A DNA stretch of 59,685 nucleotides, taken from IMG/VR virus record IMGVR_UViG_3300008110_000055, positions 1 to 59,685 of that record. The stretch is one strand, 5' to 3'. The notes under the pieces were generated by a model, which was given only the letters and a program-made list of their open reading frames with translations, ran no database searches and was not told the DNA's origin. Of this stretch, positions 39,401-47,397 are shown in pieces (the stretch's first letter is position 1; every line of letters starts with the position of its first letter). This stretch comes from a virus (Duplodnaviria > Caudoviricetes). A program made the translations under genes and the position numbers.

Positions 39401-39914
39401 AACGAGGCAGCTTGCCAGCATAGAGCATAGCAATAAGCTCGCGGTAAGCAGAGGCCCAGCCAATCCTGCTATCGCCAACCACGATAGTAGAGTCTGTTTC
39501 ATGGAAAGACTCTGCTACGTCAGGTAGCTGATTTACGTAGCGGGTTTCGCAGGAGAACCCTACCCCAGTACCACACGTCAGGATGTACAGGATCTCGTCG
39601 AATGCTCGGGGATGATCCATCGCCACGAACGAGCAGTTGTACAGCGCCATCTCGTCCCGCTTCGCCGCTTCGCCTGCTGTCATCAGTGCTCTCATCGAGG
39701 GCATGACTTCTAGGTTCAGGATCGCTGAGCGAATCTCGGACTTGTCGATACTGAGCTGCGGCACTTTGTCCAGCACCGGAGCTACGATGTTCGTCATGTA
39801 GCGGTCCACTGTCTCCGGCCACGTCTCTCGTCGGTTCTGTTCCGGAAGCCAACGGCTGTACCGGCTTAGGGCAATGAATGTCTGGAAGTCTGTTGGTAGG
39901 TAATTCGTCGTCAT
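36423..39914 (-). CDS. nrdJ: Class II (adenosylcobalamin-dependent) ribonucleotide reductase, three exons: 39914-38927, 38103-38063, 37310-36423 (638 aa)
   Basis: YNCSF, GTGVG, VRRSA, restored GTNPCAEIALRSAGLCNLSEV, TIKPSGT, C-terminal CTAGVC; exons sum to 1917 nt, in frame. Confidence 0.93.
37311..38062 (-). mobile_element. Group I intron 2 of nrdJ (752 nt)
   Basis: P1 AACCUU|UA..UAGAGGUU with U.G at the splice site; AAUUGCUGGAAA, AAUCAGCAG, CAACGACUA and GAUAUAGUC core elements; terminal G at 37311. Confidence 0.92.
37319..37786 (-). CDS. Intron-encoded HNH-like homing endonuclease with Zn-finger N-terminus
   Basis: CTNC/CKKC; SPSLDRIDNDRGYTKDNIQV....N.MK; lies 3' of the intron core. Confidence 0.85.
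   Translation of the reverse strand: MELKKNLMGYLESDTHRECTNCGVIFEKTSKMVLCKKCNCSRVKSMTPQWKMWQRAKQRAKYKGIEFDLTADDIMIPDVCPATGITINANSGKSGAYKNSPSLDRIDNDRGYTKDNIQVLSQCANAMKGAASVDELVKFSQWVLKTYRPDLANWD
38104..38926 (-). mobile_element. Group I intron 1 of nrdJ (823 nt)
   Basis: P1 CCGU|UA..UAGCGG with U.G; AACGGUGGAA, AAUACCGUG, AACGACUA and GAUAUAGUC core elements; terminal G at 38104. Confidence 0.92.
38112..38816 (-). CDS. Intron-encoded double-motif LAGLIDADG homing endonuclease
   Basis: YYFSTFDGG and AIIFMADGS motifs, LNT.GFS, F.YKL; GGAGG RBS; ATG overlaps the GACUA element. Confidence 0.88.
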   Translation of the reverse strand: MSNKKDIIKRLYYFSTFDGGLYITGKCDNARFIMNMREANLDYVTMCADSLAAINCGTRIYQRKDYNTDGFNRAPQVRLESRVHPLLTKIHERVYIDGKKVIDPHMLTMLDAEALAIIFMADGSRFVDKRCNASPKYTLNTKGFSYGDNLLLKQAIREKLGLEFNVNRQNKYWYLSLRTKDNDKFESIILPYVKKSFLYKLGRLAPLSEGDDIVCSSQECEEVGANVQPRLNDE

Positions 39915-40040
39915 CAGTTTCCTTTAGTTCTAGTAGGTAGGCTAGACGTCGCAGCTCAATGGCCACGACTCTAGGAGAAAGGGACGGGTTGCGCGTGGCA
40001 ACCCTCCCTAGTTGGTTCCTAAGCTCGTCCAGTTCGTAGC

Positions 40041-40583
40041 TTAGTCCCACTTCTCTCCGTCCTCAAGACCGGCAGTATCAGGATTGCCGTCTTCTTCTGA
40101 AGCCGTGCTCTTCTCTACCTTACCGACCGAGTAGTTGTAGAACTTCTCGGTAGTCTCGTCTAGGAAAGCCGAGAGGATAGCAAACTTCTTGTCCGCGTTT
40201 GCAGTCTTCGGGAACTCAATAGCGCCGTTAGCCACGGCGAGCTGGATAAACGTGAGAGCAGAGTTTCGCGCTGCCTGCTTAGAGATGACGTCCTGTCGCT
40301 TGTCATCGTTGCCGCCGCCGTAACCGCCACGGCTAGGGGGTGCAGTTCGAGTAGGTGTCTCTGCTGGAACATCCTCTCCAGTAACGCGCTCGACCTTACT
40401 ACCTTTGGTCAGGTTCCAGTACTTGCCATTAGCAGTGACGTCGAACTTAACGTAGTCACCTTCGCTAGCCTTCGGCGGATACTTGCCGATCGAGTAGTAC
40501 TCGTTGTTAACTTGGATCGAGTACATGGTGCCGTACTGAGTGTCACGTGACGAGATCTTCTGAATCTTACCCTTAACGATCAT
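40041..40583 (-). CDS. Single-stranded DNA-binding protein (putative)
   Basis: OB-fold-like N-terminus, Gly linker, acidic tail ending in an aromatic residue; next to the polymerase. Confidence 0.65.
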   Translation of the reverse strand: MIVKGKIQKISSRDTQYGTMYSIQVNNEYYSIGKYPPKASEGDYVKFDVTANGKYWNLTKGSKVERVTGEDVPAETPTRTAPPSRGGYGGGNDDKRQDVISKQAARNSALTFIQLAVANGAIEFPKTANADKKFAILSAFLDETTEKFYNYSVGKVEKSTASEEDGNPDTAGLEDGEKWD

Positions 40584-40587
40584 ATGA

Positions 40588-42495
40588 TTACTTTTCCTTT
40601 CTTGTAGTCGTACCGTCTGGCAGTACGTTATAGATAATCTCGGTAGGCGATTCGCCCCAGTTCCGAGATAGTTTGATTCCGCAACCCAGCGGGGCTACGA
40701 AGTCGAAGTTGTATCCCTTACTCAGGTAAGGAAACACAGCATCAGTGAAGCACCACTTACTCAGCTCTTCATACAGCTCCTCACTACCTTTAGGTACCAG
40801 CGAAATGATACTGTCGTGGATCGTGTTGACAATCACGATACCGGTGTCCTCGATCAAGTGCCAGAAGTGTACCAGCACCAGCGGGATAATCTCTCCGGTC
40901 GCAAGTCCTTGGACTGGAAAGTTATGGACTTCCGTGCCCACATTAACGTGACCAGTCCTAGTACTAACCTTAACCTCTGGCCAGTAAAACTTAAGGCCGT
41001 AAGGTGTAGTCAGCTCCTTGTTGTTGATGACGCTGAGGATCCATCCTCGTTGCGTGTTGGAGATACCTTTGTACTTCTGCTTGAAGAACTCGGCGTATGC
41101 CTTCTGTGCTTCGGTCTTACCCATGCCACCATACAGCGGGGCGAAGGTAGAAGCCTTGGCCTGCTGGCGAGTGGTAGGCTCGCCTGCTTCGGTAAGAACT
41201 TGCGCCGTAACCGAGTGAACATCTGTACCCGAAATGATCTCGTCGATTGCGATGCGGTCGTTACCAAGTGCAGCAGCTACGCGGAACTCAAGCTGGGCTG
41301 CGTCAGCTTCTCCCACGTAGTAGTCTTCATCTCCCGACCAGAACAACCGCTTGTACTGGCGAGGAAGATTCTGACCCTGTACTCCCTTCGGCTTCTTCTG
41401 TCCGGTAAAGAGTAGTGGCCTACCACTAGAGCTAAGACGTCCTGTCTTAGTCACACCCTGATTGAATACGGCGTAGAACTTGCATCCGTACTCTCTCACC
41501 ACACCCACAAAGAACTCTAGGTTCTTGGTAAGCAGCGCTGATAGCTTGTTAAACTCCTTGTACTTTGTAAGGAACGTAGTTTGCACTTCGTCCTTAGCTA
41601 CCAGCTTACCTAACGTGGCCGAGTCCGTGGCCAGCACACCCTTAGCAGTAACGATTGGCAGGCGTGTACGAGGATCGGTAGGGGGAATGAACCCTAACTT
41701 CTCGTACAGAAGAGCAGCTAGCTGCTTGCCGCTGTTGAAGTTAACACCGTCACCTGCAATCTCACGAAGCGAAGCAGAGGCATCCTGATACTGCTTGATC
41801 GTAGTCTCGTACTCGTCCATCACAGCACGAGGATCAAGCGTCAGACCATTGAACTCAATGTCAGCTAGTACAGAGCAAGTGAGGTTACGTACATGGACTA
41901 GTGGCAGTAGGTTCGATTCGTCAAGCAATTGAACCTGCTTGAGGAAGATCTCCAGCGTAGCCTTGACGTCGTGCTCGCAGTACTCCAGTAGCCACGACTT
42001 AGGGATCCACTCTACAGGATACCCGCTAGAGATCAGCAGCGAGATACGGTCTAGCTTCTTTGTTACATTGTAAGACTTGGCTAGCGCTGACAGGCTGCGC
42101 GGCTTGCGGAGATTACCATCGAGTACCCACTGGCCTAGCATGGTGCAGTAAGCCGGACGACTACGGAGATCGAAGCCGCACCGCTTGAGCCACTGCAACT
42201 CGAACTTGGCGTTGTGTGCTACGAAGAACTCGCAGAACTTGAGATCCTCGATAAGCTCCTGCATCTCGTACTCGTTACCGAACTTGTACTTCTTGGTAAC
42301 AGTCAGGTCGTCACGATCTACGATCGTCCAGCAGGCGAGGATTAGTTCGTTGTCTTTATTGAGTGCTGATCCCTTGTCGTGTGAGGTAGTCTCGAAGTCT
42401 AGAACTGCGAAGCGTCCAGAGCGAACATCAGAGTACCACTTGCTCCACTCTGGATCCCGCACGTGCGGGGGTAGCTTATCGTAATAGGGATGCAC
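40588..42495 (-). CDS. DNA polymerase, family A, with 3'-5' exonuclease
   Basis: LDFET, AHNAKFE, YCEHD; TGRLSS; D.AQLEFR; R..AK..TF.PLYG; IHDS. Confidence 0.95.
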   Translation of the reverse strand: MHPYYDKLPPHVRDPEWSKWYSDVRSGRFAVLDFETTSHDKGSALNKDNELILACWTIVDRDDLTVTKKYKFGNEYEMQELIEDLKFCEFFVAHNAKFELQWLKRCGFDLRSRPAYCTMLGQWVLDGNLRKPRSLSALAKSYNVTKKLDRISLLISSGYPVEWIPKSWLLEYCEHDVKATLEIFLKQVQLLDESNLLPLVHVRNLTCSVLADIEFNGLTLDPRAVMDEYETTIKQYQDASASLREIAGDGVNFNSGKQLAALLYEKLGFIPPTDPRTRLPIVTAKGVLATDSATLGKLVAKDEVQTTFLTKYKEFNKLSALLTKNLEFFVGVVREYGCKFYAVFNQGVTKTGRLSSSGRPLLFTGQKKPKGVQGQNLPRQYKRLFWSGDEDYYVGEADAAQLEFRVAAALGNDRIAIDEIISGTDVHSVTAQVLTEAGEPTTRQQAKASTFAPLYGGMGKTEAQKAYAEFFKQKYKGISNTQRGWILSVINNKELTTPYGLKFYWPEVKVSTRTGHVNVGTEVHNFPVQGLATGEIIPLVLVHFWHLIEDTGIVIVNTIHDSIISLVPKGSEELYEELSKWCFTDAVFPYLSKGYNFDFVAPLGCGIKLSRNWGESPTEIIYNVLPDGTTTRKEK

Positions 42496-42507
42496 CGTAA
42501 GTATTCC

Positions 42508-42759
42508 TTAGAAGTCTTGGCGACGAGGACGTCCGCGTGGCCGTGGCTTGATCTTGAAGATAGTCTGAGAATCTTCTAGCTCTTTGATCGAACCATCTTT
42601 GTTGTACTTAACTTTGGTGATAGGGCCAGTAATCACACGGCTATCTGGATTCTCTTCTGGATAGACACCCAGAACAGGGAAGTCAGGATCATCATCGAAG
42701 CCCACAATCCACATCACATCTTTGTCATCGCGGGACTTTACATTTGTAAGACGCGGCAT
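42508..42759 (-). CDS. Hypothetical protein with AT-hook-like C-terminus
   Basis: RPRGRPRR; GAGGAG RBS. Confidence 0.6.
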   Translation of the reverse strand: MPRLTNVKSRDDKDVMWIVGFDDDPDFPVLGVYPEENPDSRVITGPITKVKYNKDGSIKELEDSQTIFKIKPRPRGRPRRQDF

Positions 42760-42781
42760 TAGTAATTCTCCTCGGTTAAAG

Positions 42782-42858
42782 TGGCGACCCCGGAGGGACT
42801 CGAACCCCCGACCACATTCTTAGAAGGAACGTGCTCTATCCAACTGAGCTACGGGGTC
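42782..42858 (-). tRNA. trnR: tRNA-Arg (UCU)
   Basis: GACCCCG/CGGGGTC acceptor, TAGCTCAGTTGGATAGAGC D-arm, CT-TCT-AA loop, GTTCGA, encoded CCA. Confidence 0.95.
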
Positions 42859-42867
42859 ATATAATCA

Positions 42868-42896
42868 ATACTACGGGACGTTCTCTTCGTAGTCAA
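42868..42896 (-). promoter_or_regulatory. Sigma70-like promoter for tRNA-Arg
   Basis: TTGACT-17 bp-TAGTAT, about 10 nt upstream of the tRNA. Confidence 0.65.
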
Positions 42897-43017
42897 TAGA
42901 GATGCCGAACTTGTTTAGCTCTCGCTCAGCATGAACTAACTCGTCTACATCGTTAGCGTGGAAGTACGCCCGCAGCAGACTGTCTAGGTACTCTAGCTGT
43001 TTAGTCGTCAGGTGCAT
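42871..43017 (-). CDS. 48-aa hypothetical protein (not in the ORF track)
   Basis: MHLTTKQLEYLDSLLRAYF...; abuts the upstream stop. Confidence 0.5.
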   Translation of the reverse strand: MHLTTKQLEYLDSLLRAYFHANDVDELVHAERELNKFGISIDYEENVP

Positions 43018-43185
43018 TTAGTTAGGGCTCCAGAACTGATCGCAAACATCGTCCTCGCAGAAGTCGTCGTAGTAATCCTGATCGTACTTACCGCTATCCT
43101 CGTCCTCCTCTTCTTCCTCGCCTTCAACAAAGTCGTCAGTCAGATCGGCAAGGTACTCGTCGTAACCCGGCAGTCGATTAGTCAT
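43018..43185 (-). CDS. 55-aa hyper-acidic protein
   Basis: 22 D/E versus 2 K/R; GGAGG upstream of ATG 43185. Confidence 0.6.
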   Translation of the reverse strand: MTNRLPGYDEYLADLTDDFVEGEEEEEDEDSGKYDQDYYDDFCEDDVCDQFWSPN

Positions 43186-43363
43186 ACTTAAACTTAACCT
43201 CCTTGGCAGACCAGCTAGCAATTACGTACCCGGCAAACTCCGCTTCCTTCTTCGTCTTAAAGTGTAAGGTTCGATTGATATCGCGGATACCGAGAGGACG
43301 TAGCGCCCACATATCGTAGTACCCCATGTCGCTAAAGATCTCGAACGTCATTTCGTTTTTCAT
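43178..43363 (-). CDS. Hypothetical protein
   Basis: ORF packing. Confidence 0.5.
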   Translation of the reverse strand: MKNEMTFEIFSDMGYYDMWALRPLGIRDINRTLHFKTKKEAEFAGYVIASWSAKEVKFKYD

Positions 43364-43737
43364 TTAGAGTTCCTAGCGGCGTCGATGGCGGCGATTGCCA
43401 TTCGTCGCCAGAATTCTTGTCGCATGTATCTCTCTGCATCGTAGCTATCGCCCGCTGTGAGGCTTAGGTACGTGCGGTACAAGGCCTCCATCATGTCGCT
43501 GACCTTTACGGAATTTGCTGCCAGCGCAGCGTCGCGCTCGGCCTCAAGCTCAAACAGCCTGCGGCCCCTGATAACCACCTGTTCCGCAAGCATCACCACT
43601 CGCTTTTCAAGCTCCGCGATGCGGGCGTCGGCTTCGTCCTTGGCGTACCACTTCCCGCCCGGGTCGGCGGTCATTTCGTGGCGCTCATGCCCTCCCTGCA
43701 CGTAGCTTTCAAGTGCATACCTCGTCAGTAAGGTCAT
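43360..43737 (-). CDS. Hypothetical protein (Ead-like accessory)
   Basis: G.W....A.ARIAELE...AIDAAR pattern; ATGA overlaps. Confidence 0.55.
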   Translation of the reverse strand: MTLLTRYALESYVQGGHERHEMTADPGGKWYAKDEADARIAELEKRVVMLAEQVVIRGRRLFELEAERDAALAANSVKVSDMMEALYRTYLSLTAGDSYDAERYMRQEFWRRMAIAAIDAARNSK

Positions 43738-44651
43738 TCGTCGTCTGCTTTCACTTTGTCGTGTCGTTGTCCCTTGAGGCGCGGCTCGCGCAGCAGGCCA
43801 TCCTCGGTGATGCCGAGTGCCTCGACCTCGAAGATTTTACCCACGGGGTTGTCGCCGTTTGGCAGTTTCATGAAGCCGTCCCACCAAGCGGACCTCTGCG
43901 GGAATGTACCGCCGCTGGCCTTGATGGTCTTGCCCTTGTAGCTGAGCACCAGCTTTCCGGCCATGCCTGCCATCTTGCCCTTGCCTTCTTCCACGCCGAC
44001 GCAGCGCAGGTCCAGCGAGATCACAGGCTTCACCTTGATGAGGCTACCGTCCGTGACGTAGCCCTTGTACCAGTGATGCTCGGGATGTCGGAGGATCAGG
44101 CCGTCGTATCCGCCTCGCTGCACCCACTTGTTCGCGCCTTCTTGCGGATCAGCGTAAGTGCCCGGGGGATAGTACGCCACAAGCTCCACAGGTGAGCCTG
44201 CGAAGTTGCCGTGGTCGAGCCGTTGCTGGAGGTGGGCGAAGCGGGTGCGGTAGGGAACATCGTGAAGCCCCATGGCGAATGATCCAGAGGGGACGATGTC
44301 ATATACGACCATGCGAAGCCCGGGAGCGGGATCGTGCTGTCGCACCATACCGCTGATAGTTGGGAACGGGACACCGTCGATCCACGCTTCTCCGAAGACA
44401 ACCCAGCCGGGGCCGTAGATGCGCTGCAAGGCGCTGCCGATGTGGGCGCAGGACTTGATCTCCTCCCCGGTTGCGGAGAGAACCTCGAAGCCGCCATCGC
44501 TCCACAGTCGCACAGCAAGGGCGCACCCGTCGTACTTGCGCTGGGCAATGTGGGTGGAGATGAGGGCGAGAAGATCACCACCGACCTCCTTCTGAAATGC
44601 GGCGGACGTTGCGTCCAACTCGCGGGGTTTCTGAATGATGTAGTCAGCCAT
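43734..44651 (-). CDS. lig: ATP-dependent DNA ligase
   Basis: KYDG motif I, FGEAW, YDI, GYDGLILR, KVKP, C-terminal LREPR. Confidence 0.9.
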   Translation of the reverse strand: MADYIIQKPRELDATSAAFQKEVGGDLLALISTHIAQRKYDGCALAVRLWSDGGFEVLSATGEEIKSCAHIGSALQRIYGPGWVVFGEAWIDGVPFPTISGMVRQHDPAPGLRMVVYDIVPSGSFAMGLHDVPYRTRFAHLQQRLDHGNFAGSPVELVAYYPPGTYADPQEGANKWVQRGGYDGLILRHPEHHWYKGYVTDGSLIKVKPVISLDLRCVGVEEGKGKMAGMAGKLVLSYKGKTIKASGGTFPQRSAWWDGFMKLPNGDNPVGKIFEVEALGITEDGLLREPRLKGQRHDKVKADDE

Positions 44652-44754
44652 AGATGATGTAGCCTAGCAGGAAGCCAAGGAGGAAGAAGATTAGCATGCA
44701 CCATGCCAACACCTGCACTGCGCCTAGCATTAGGTCGCGGATGATCTCAGGCAT
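44644..44754 (-). CDS. 36-aa membrane peptide (not in the ORF track)
   Basis: MPEIIRDLMLGAVQVLAWCMLIFFLLGFLLGYIIYG; overlaps both neighbours. Confidence 0.45.
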   Translation of the reverse strand: MPEIIRDLMLGAVQVLAWCMLIFFLLGFLLGYIIYG

Positions 44755-44871
44755 ACTTCACCGCCGTCCGCTGCAGGCCGCTCTCGATGATAGCGACTGC
44801 CTTCTCGAACGTGGTCTCGGCGTCGAGCTTCTCGGCGAGGTAGGCGTAGAGGTCCGCCTTGTACTCGTCGC

Positions 44872-45246
44872 TCACTGCTTGCCTCCAATGGCCGCGAGGG
44901 CGTCGCGTGCTTTTGAGATTCGCTCACTGCGCACGCCCCAGCCGGAAGATTCTGGGTGCGTCCGATTGACGTACTCAAGGGAGTCGATGCAGTCCTCCAA
45001 CGCCTCCACCACCCCGGCCTGCGCGTTCAGCGCGGCGGCGATGCGCTGGTTCCATTTCCGCACGGCGTCCTCGCGGGTCTTACCAGCAATCTCCATCACC
45101 GACGACGGCTGTCCTTCCTCGCGCACGCACCAATGACGAACGCGGGCGCTGATGACTTGCAGGCGCAGCCCAGTCCAGTGCGTCGATTCATTGACTCGTG
45201 TTTCGCCAGCACCGCAGAACGGGCACGGCTCAAGATGCTCACTCAC
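44872..45246 (-). CDS. Lar-like restriction alleviation protein
   Basis: LEPCPFCG ... T.E.A...WN.R; GTGA overlap start. Confidence 0.6.
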   Translation of the reverse strand: MSEHLEPCPFCGAGETRVNESTHWTGLRLQVISARVRHWCVREEGQPSSVMEIAGKTREDAVRKWNQRIAAALNAQAGVVEALEDCIDSLEYVNRTHPESSGWGVRSERISKARDALAAIGGKQ

Positions 45247-45680
45247 TTGCCCACCCCCGTAGTCGGCGTAGCCGACGTTAGCGATGCGCGGATGCGCTGC
45301 CATGCGTCTTTCATCGTCGGCCCAGCCAGTCCAGACTGGCGCAAAAGCTCGTCAACAAACATCACATCCTCCGCGCTGGCCGCAGGTGTAACCTGCTCGG
45401 TAGCTACGCTACGCGGCTGCGGGGCGGCGTAGAGTGGTGCCCAGCCTTCGTCGGCATCGGGGCACTCGGATTGCCACCGAACCTCGGTTTCATCCGTTCC
45501 AATGGCGCGGCCATCGTCGTCGCAGATAAACCGAGAAAGCGACCACGCCACCGGCTCGGCCTGCGTCAGCCCAAGCTCGGCTAGCACGGCGTCGGCTATC
45601 GTGCAGGGATGGGCGCGCGGAAAATCGGAGTACGCGGCTTCAATCGCCCGCGCTACGCGCTCTCGAAGATCAGCGGTCAT
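45243..45680 (-). CDS. Hypothetical accessory protein
   Basis: LRERVARAI, EPVAW, PLYAAPQP motifs typical of temperate-phage accessory genes. Confidence 0.6.
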   Translation of the reverse strand: MTADLRERVARAIEAAYSDFPRAHPCTIADAVLAELGLTQAEPVAWSLSRFICDDDGRAIGTDETEVRWQSECPDADEGWAPLYAAPQPRSVATEQVTPAASAEDVMFVDELLRQSGLAGPTMKDAWQRIRASLTSATPTTGVGK

Positions 45681-45996
45681 TGCAGATCTCCCTAGCTTCG
45701 TTGTAGGTGAGAGTACCTAGACACACGTTGAACCGTCCGGTACTAGTTGAGTACCACATAGCGCCCTTACCAGTGAAGTTTACAAAGTAAGAAGTGCTAC
45801 CGATCTTACCAGACCAAGCGTTACCGAACGCTGACTTCTCGAACCCAGCATCGATTAGCAAGTGAAGATCACGCTCGGTAAACGTGCGGTCTTCGTACGC
45901 TCCGTCCTGCCAGTTAGGCTCAGTGTCTAGGACGGAGACGATGTCGTTGATAGCAGCACGCAGTTTGATCTTCTCTTCAGCAGAAACAAAAGCCAT
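45670..45996 (-). CDS. Hypothetical protein
   Basis: AGGA RBS; first gene after TA tract 2. Confidence 0.6.
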   Translation of the reverse strand: MAFVSAEEKIKLRAAINDIVSVLDTEPNWQDGAYEDRTFTERDLHLLIDAGFEKSAFGNAWSGKIGSTSYFVNFTGKGAMWYSTSTGRFNVCLGTLTYNEAREICNDR

Positions 45997-46000
45997 ATGT

Positions 46001-46114
46001 TATATCCTATGTAGTATATATTACTATAGTAATATACATAGTACTATATAGTACTAGTATATATACTATACTATAGTACTAGTATATATATTACTATACT
46101 ATATACTATACTAG
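46001..46114. repeat. TA-rich palindromic tract 2, candidate replication origin
   Basis: Perfect palindromes at 46017-46036 and 46039-46056; TACTATAGTA at 46022 and 46069; TAGTATATATACTA at 46055; beside helicase/primase. Confidence 0.85.
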
Positions 46115-46143
46115 AAAATACTGACCAGACTACCGTCTGTCAA
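46115..46143 (-). promoter_or_regulatory. Sigma70-like promoter pointing into TA tract 2
   Basis: TTGACA-17 bp-TATTTT. Confidence 0.55.
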
Positions 46144-46145
46144 TA

Positions 46146-47387
46146 CTAATTCTGACTATCGGCTGAACCGCTAGGGCTAATCAGCCGGCTCAGTTGCTTG
46201 TTGATTCGGACGACTACTGGATCGTGCGAGTCGTCCTCACCGCCGATCTTGTTCTTCGGGAAGCTGATGCCTCGCTCGTTCAGTCCGAGCATCGGCTCGT
46301 CAGCTCCGATACCCATCAGCACGTCACACTGCGCTTGCACGCCAGTGTTACTGAAGTCCACGTCACCCATCTCAAGGTACATCTTGCCGGAAGCGGACTC
46401 ACCCGCCTGCGTCACGCTGATCATGGCTACGTTGGTACGCTTGCCGATGTTGCGCAGTTCAGTAGCCTGCTTCTCCAGAGCGATGACCTTGTTGCTCTCG
46501 TTCACGTTCAGGTTACGTAGCTGGTTGACGATGCAGACGTTAGGCTGGAACCGTTCGATCAACTCCTCGACTTGCTGCGGAGAACCTGGAGTTAGTTCGG
46601 CTACCGTGATCTGCTCCATGCCGTAGCTGTCCGCTAGGCCCTGAGCCCGCGCAGGATCGCTCAGGATCTCCTTGCGGTTCATGCCCGCTAGGTTGGATAC
46701 GTACCGCATCTGGACGTCGCTAGGACGGTCCTCGTTCTCTACGTGCAGTACCTTGAATCCTTGGCGAGCAAAGCCTGCACCCATGTTGATGATCGTAGCC
46801 GACTTGCCCATCTCGGGACGGGCGAACACGATGACGTGGTGTCCCGGTAGTAGCCCTCCGCCGAGGCGCTGGTTAACTACACGGGGGAATACCTGCATCA
46901 GCATCCCGCCAGAGTTACGCTCCATCACCAGACTAGCTACGTCGATCTTCTCGATAACCGTAGCACCCTGAGCGATAAGCTCGTCGAACGTGTTGATCTT
47001 GCTGATGTTCTGGTACTCGTCAATCAGCTCAAGCAGCTTGCCGTCTTTGTTGACAGCGGCGATAGCGATCTGCTGCTCGATCTCTCGACGGCGTACCTCG
47101 ATGATCGTAGTCTCTACGTTCAGCGTGCTGACGTCCGCAGCCTTGGCCTCATCGACTAGAGCCTTGAAGCGTTCGATGTGCTTGGGGTTAGGGAACGTAG
47201 CTCCGATCAGCTCGTAGATCAGGCTAACGTCCACGGCCTGAGCGTGGGGATCCCGCTGGTAGAACTCAGCCACCAGCTTCATCAAGTGCTGGAACTCACG
47301 GCTGTGTTCCTTAAGCGTGATAAGCCCGTGTACTTTCTCGAAGCTGGAACGATTGTTAAGTACTATTGCTAGTAGCTGAGTCTCCAT
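46146..47387 (-). CDS. Replicative helicase (DnaB/SF4-like)
   Basis: ARPEMGKS Walker A, ENED, SVTQA, CDVLMGIG, KNK. Confidence 0.9.
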   Translation of the reverse strand: METQLLAIVLNNRSSFEKVHGLITLKEHSREFQHLMKLVAEFYQRDPHAQAVDVSLIYELIGATFPNPKHIERFKALVDEAKAADVSTLNVETTIIEVRRREIEQQIAIAAVNKDGKLLELIDEYQNISKINTFDELIAQGATVIEKIDVASLVMERNSGGMLMQVFPRVVNQRLGGGLLPGHHVIVFARPEMGKSATIINMGAGFARQGFKVLHVENEDRPSDVQMRYVSNLAGMNRKEILSDPARAQGLADSYGMEQITVAELTPGSPQQVEELIERFQPNVCIVNQLRNLNVNESNKVIALEKQATELRNIGKRTNVAMISVTQAGESASGKMYLEMGDVDFSNTGVQAQCDVLMGIGADEPMLGLNERGISFPKNKIGGEDDSHDPVVVRINKQLSRLISPSGSADSQN

Positions 47388-47397
47388 CCTATCTCCC

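Noticed and set aside
36423-39914. nrdJ as a fragmented pseudogene or a two-subunit gene
   Set aside because: Removing two canonical group I introns restores one in-frame ORF with all catalytic motifs
39520-40050. 176-aa ORF overlapping the nrdJ start
   Set aside because: Mostly an alternative frame of nrdJ with no recognisable motif; only its first ~45 codons are intergenic, so it is not called
42782-42858. tRNA genes as prophage attachment sites
   Set aside because: No integrase, no repressor, no duplicated tRNA 3' end and no flanking host genes
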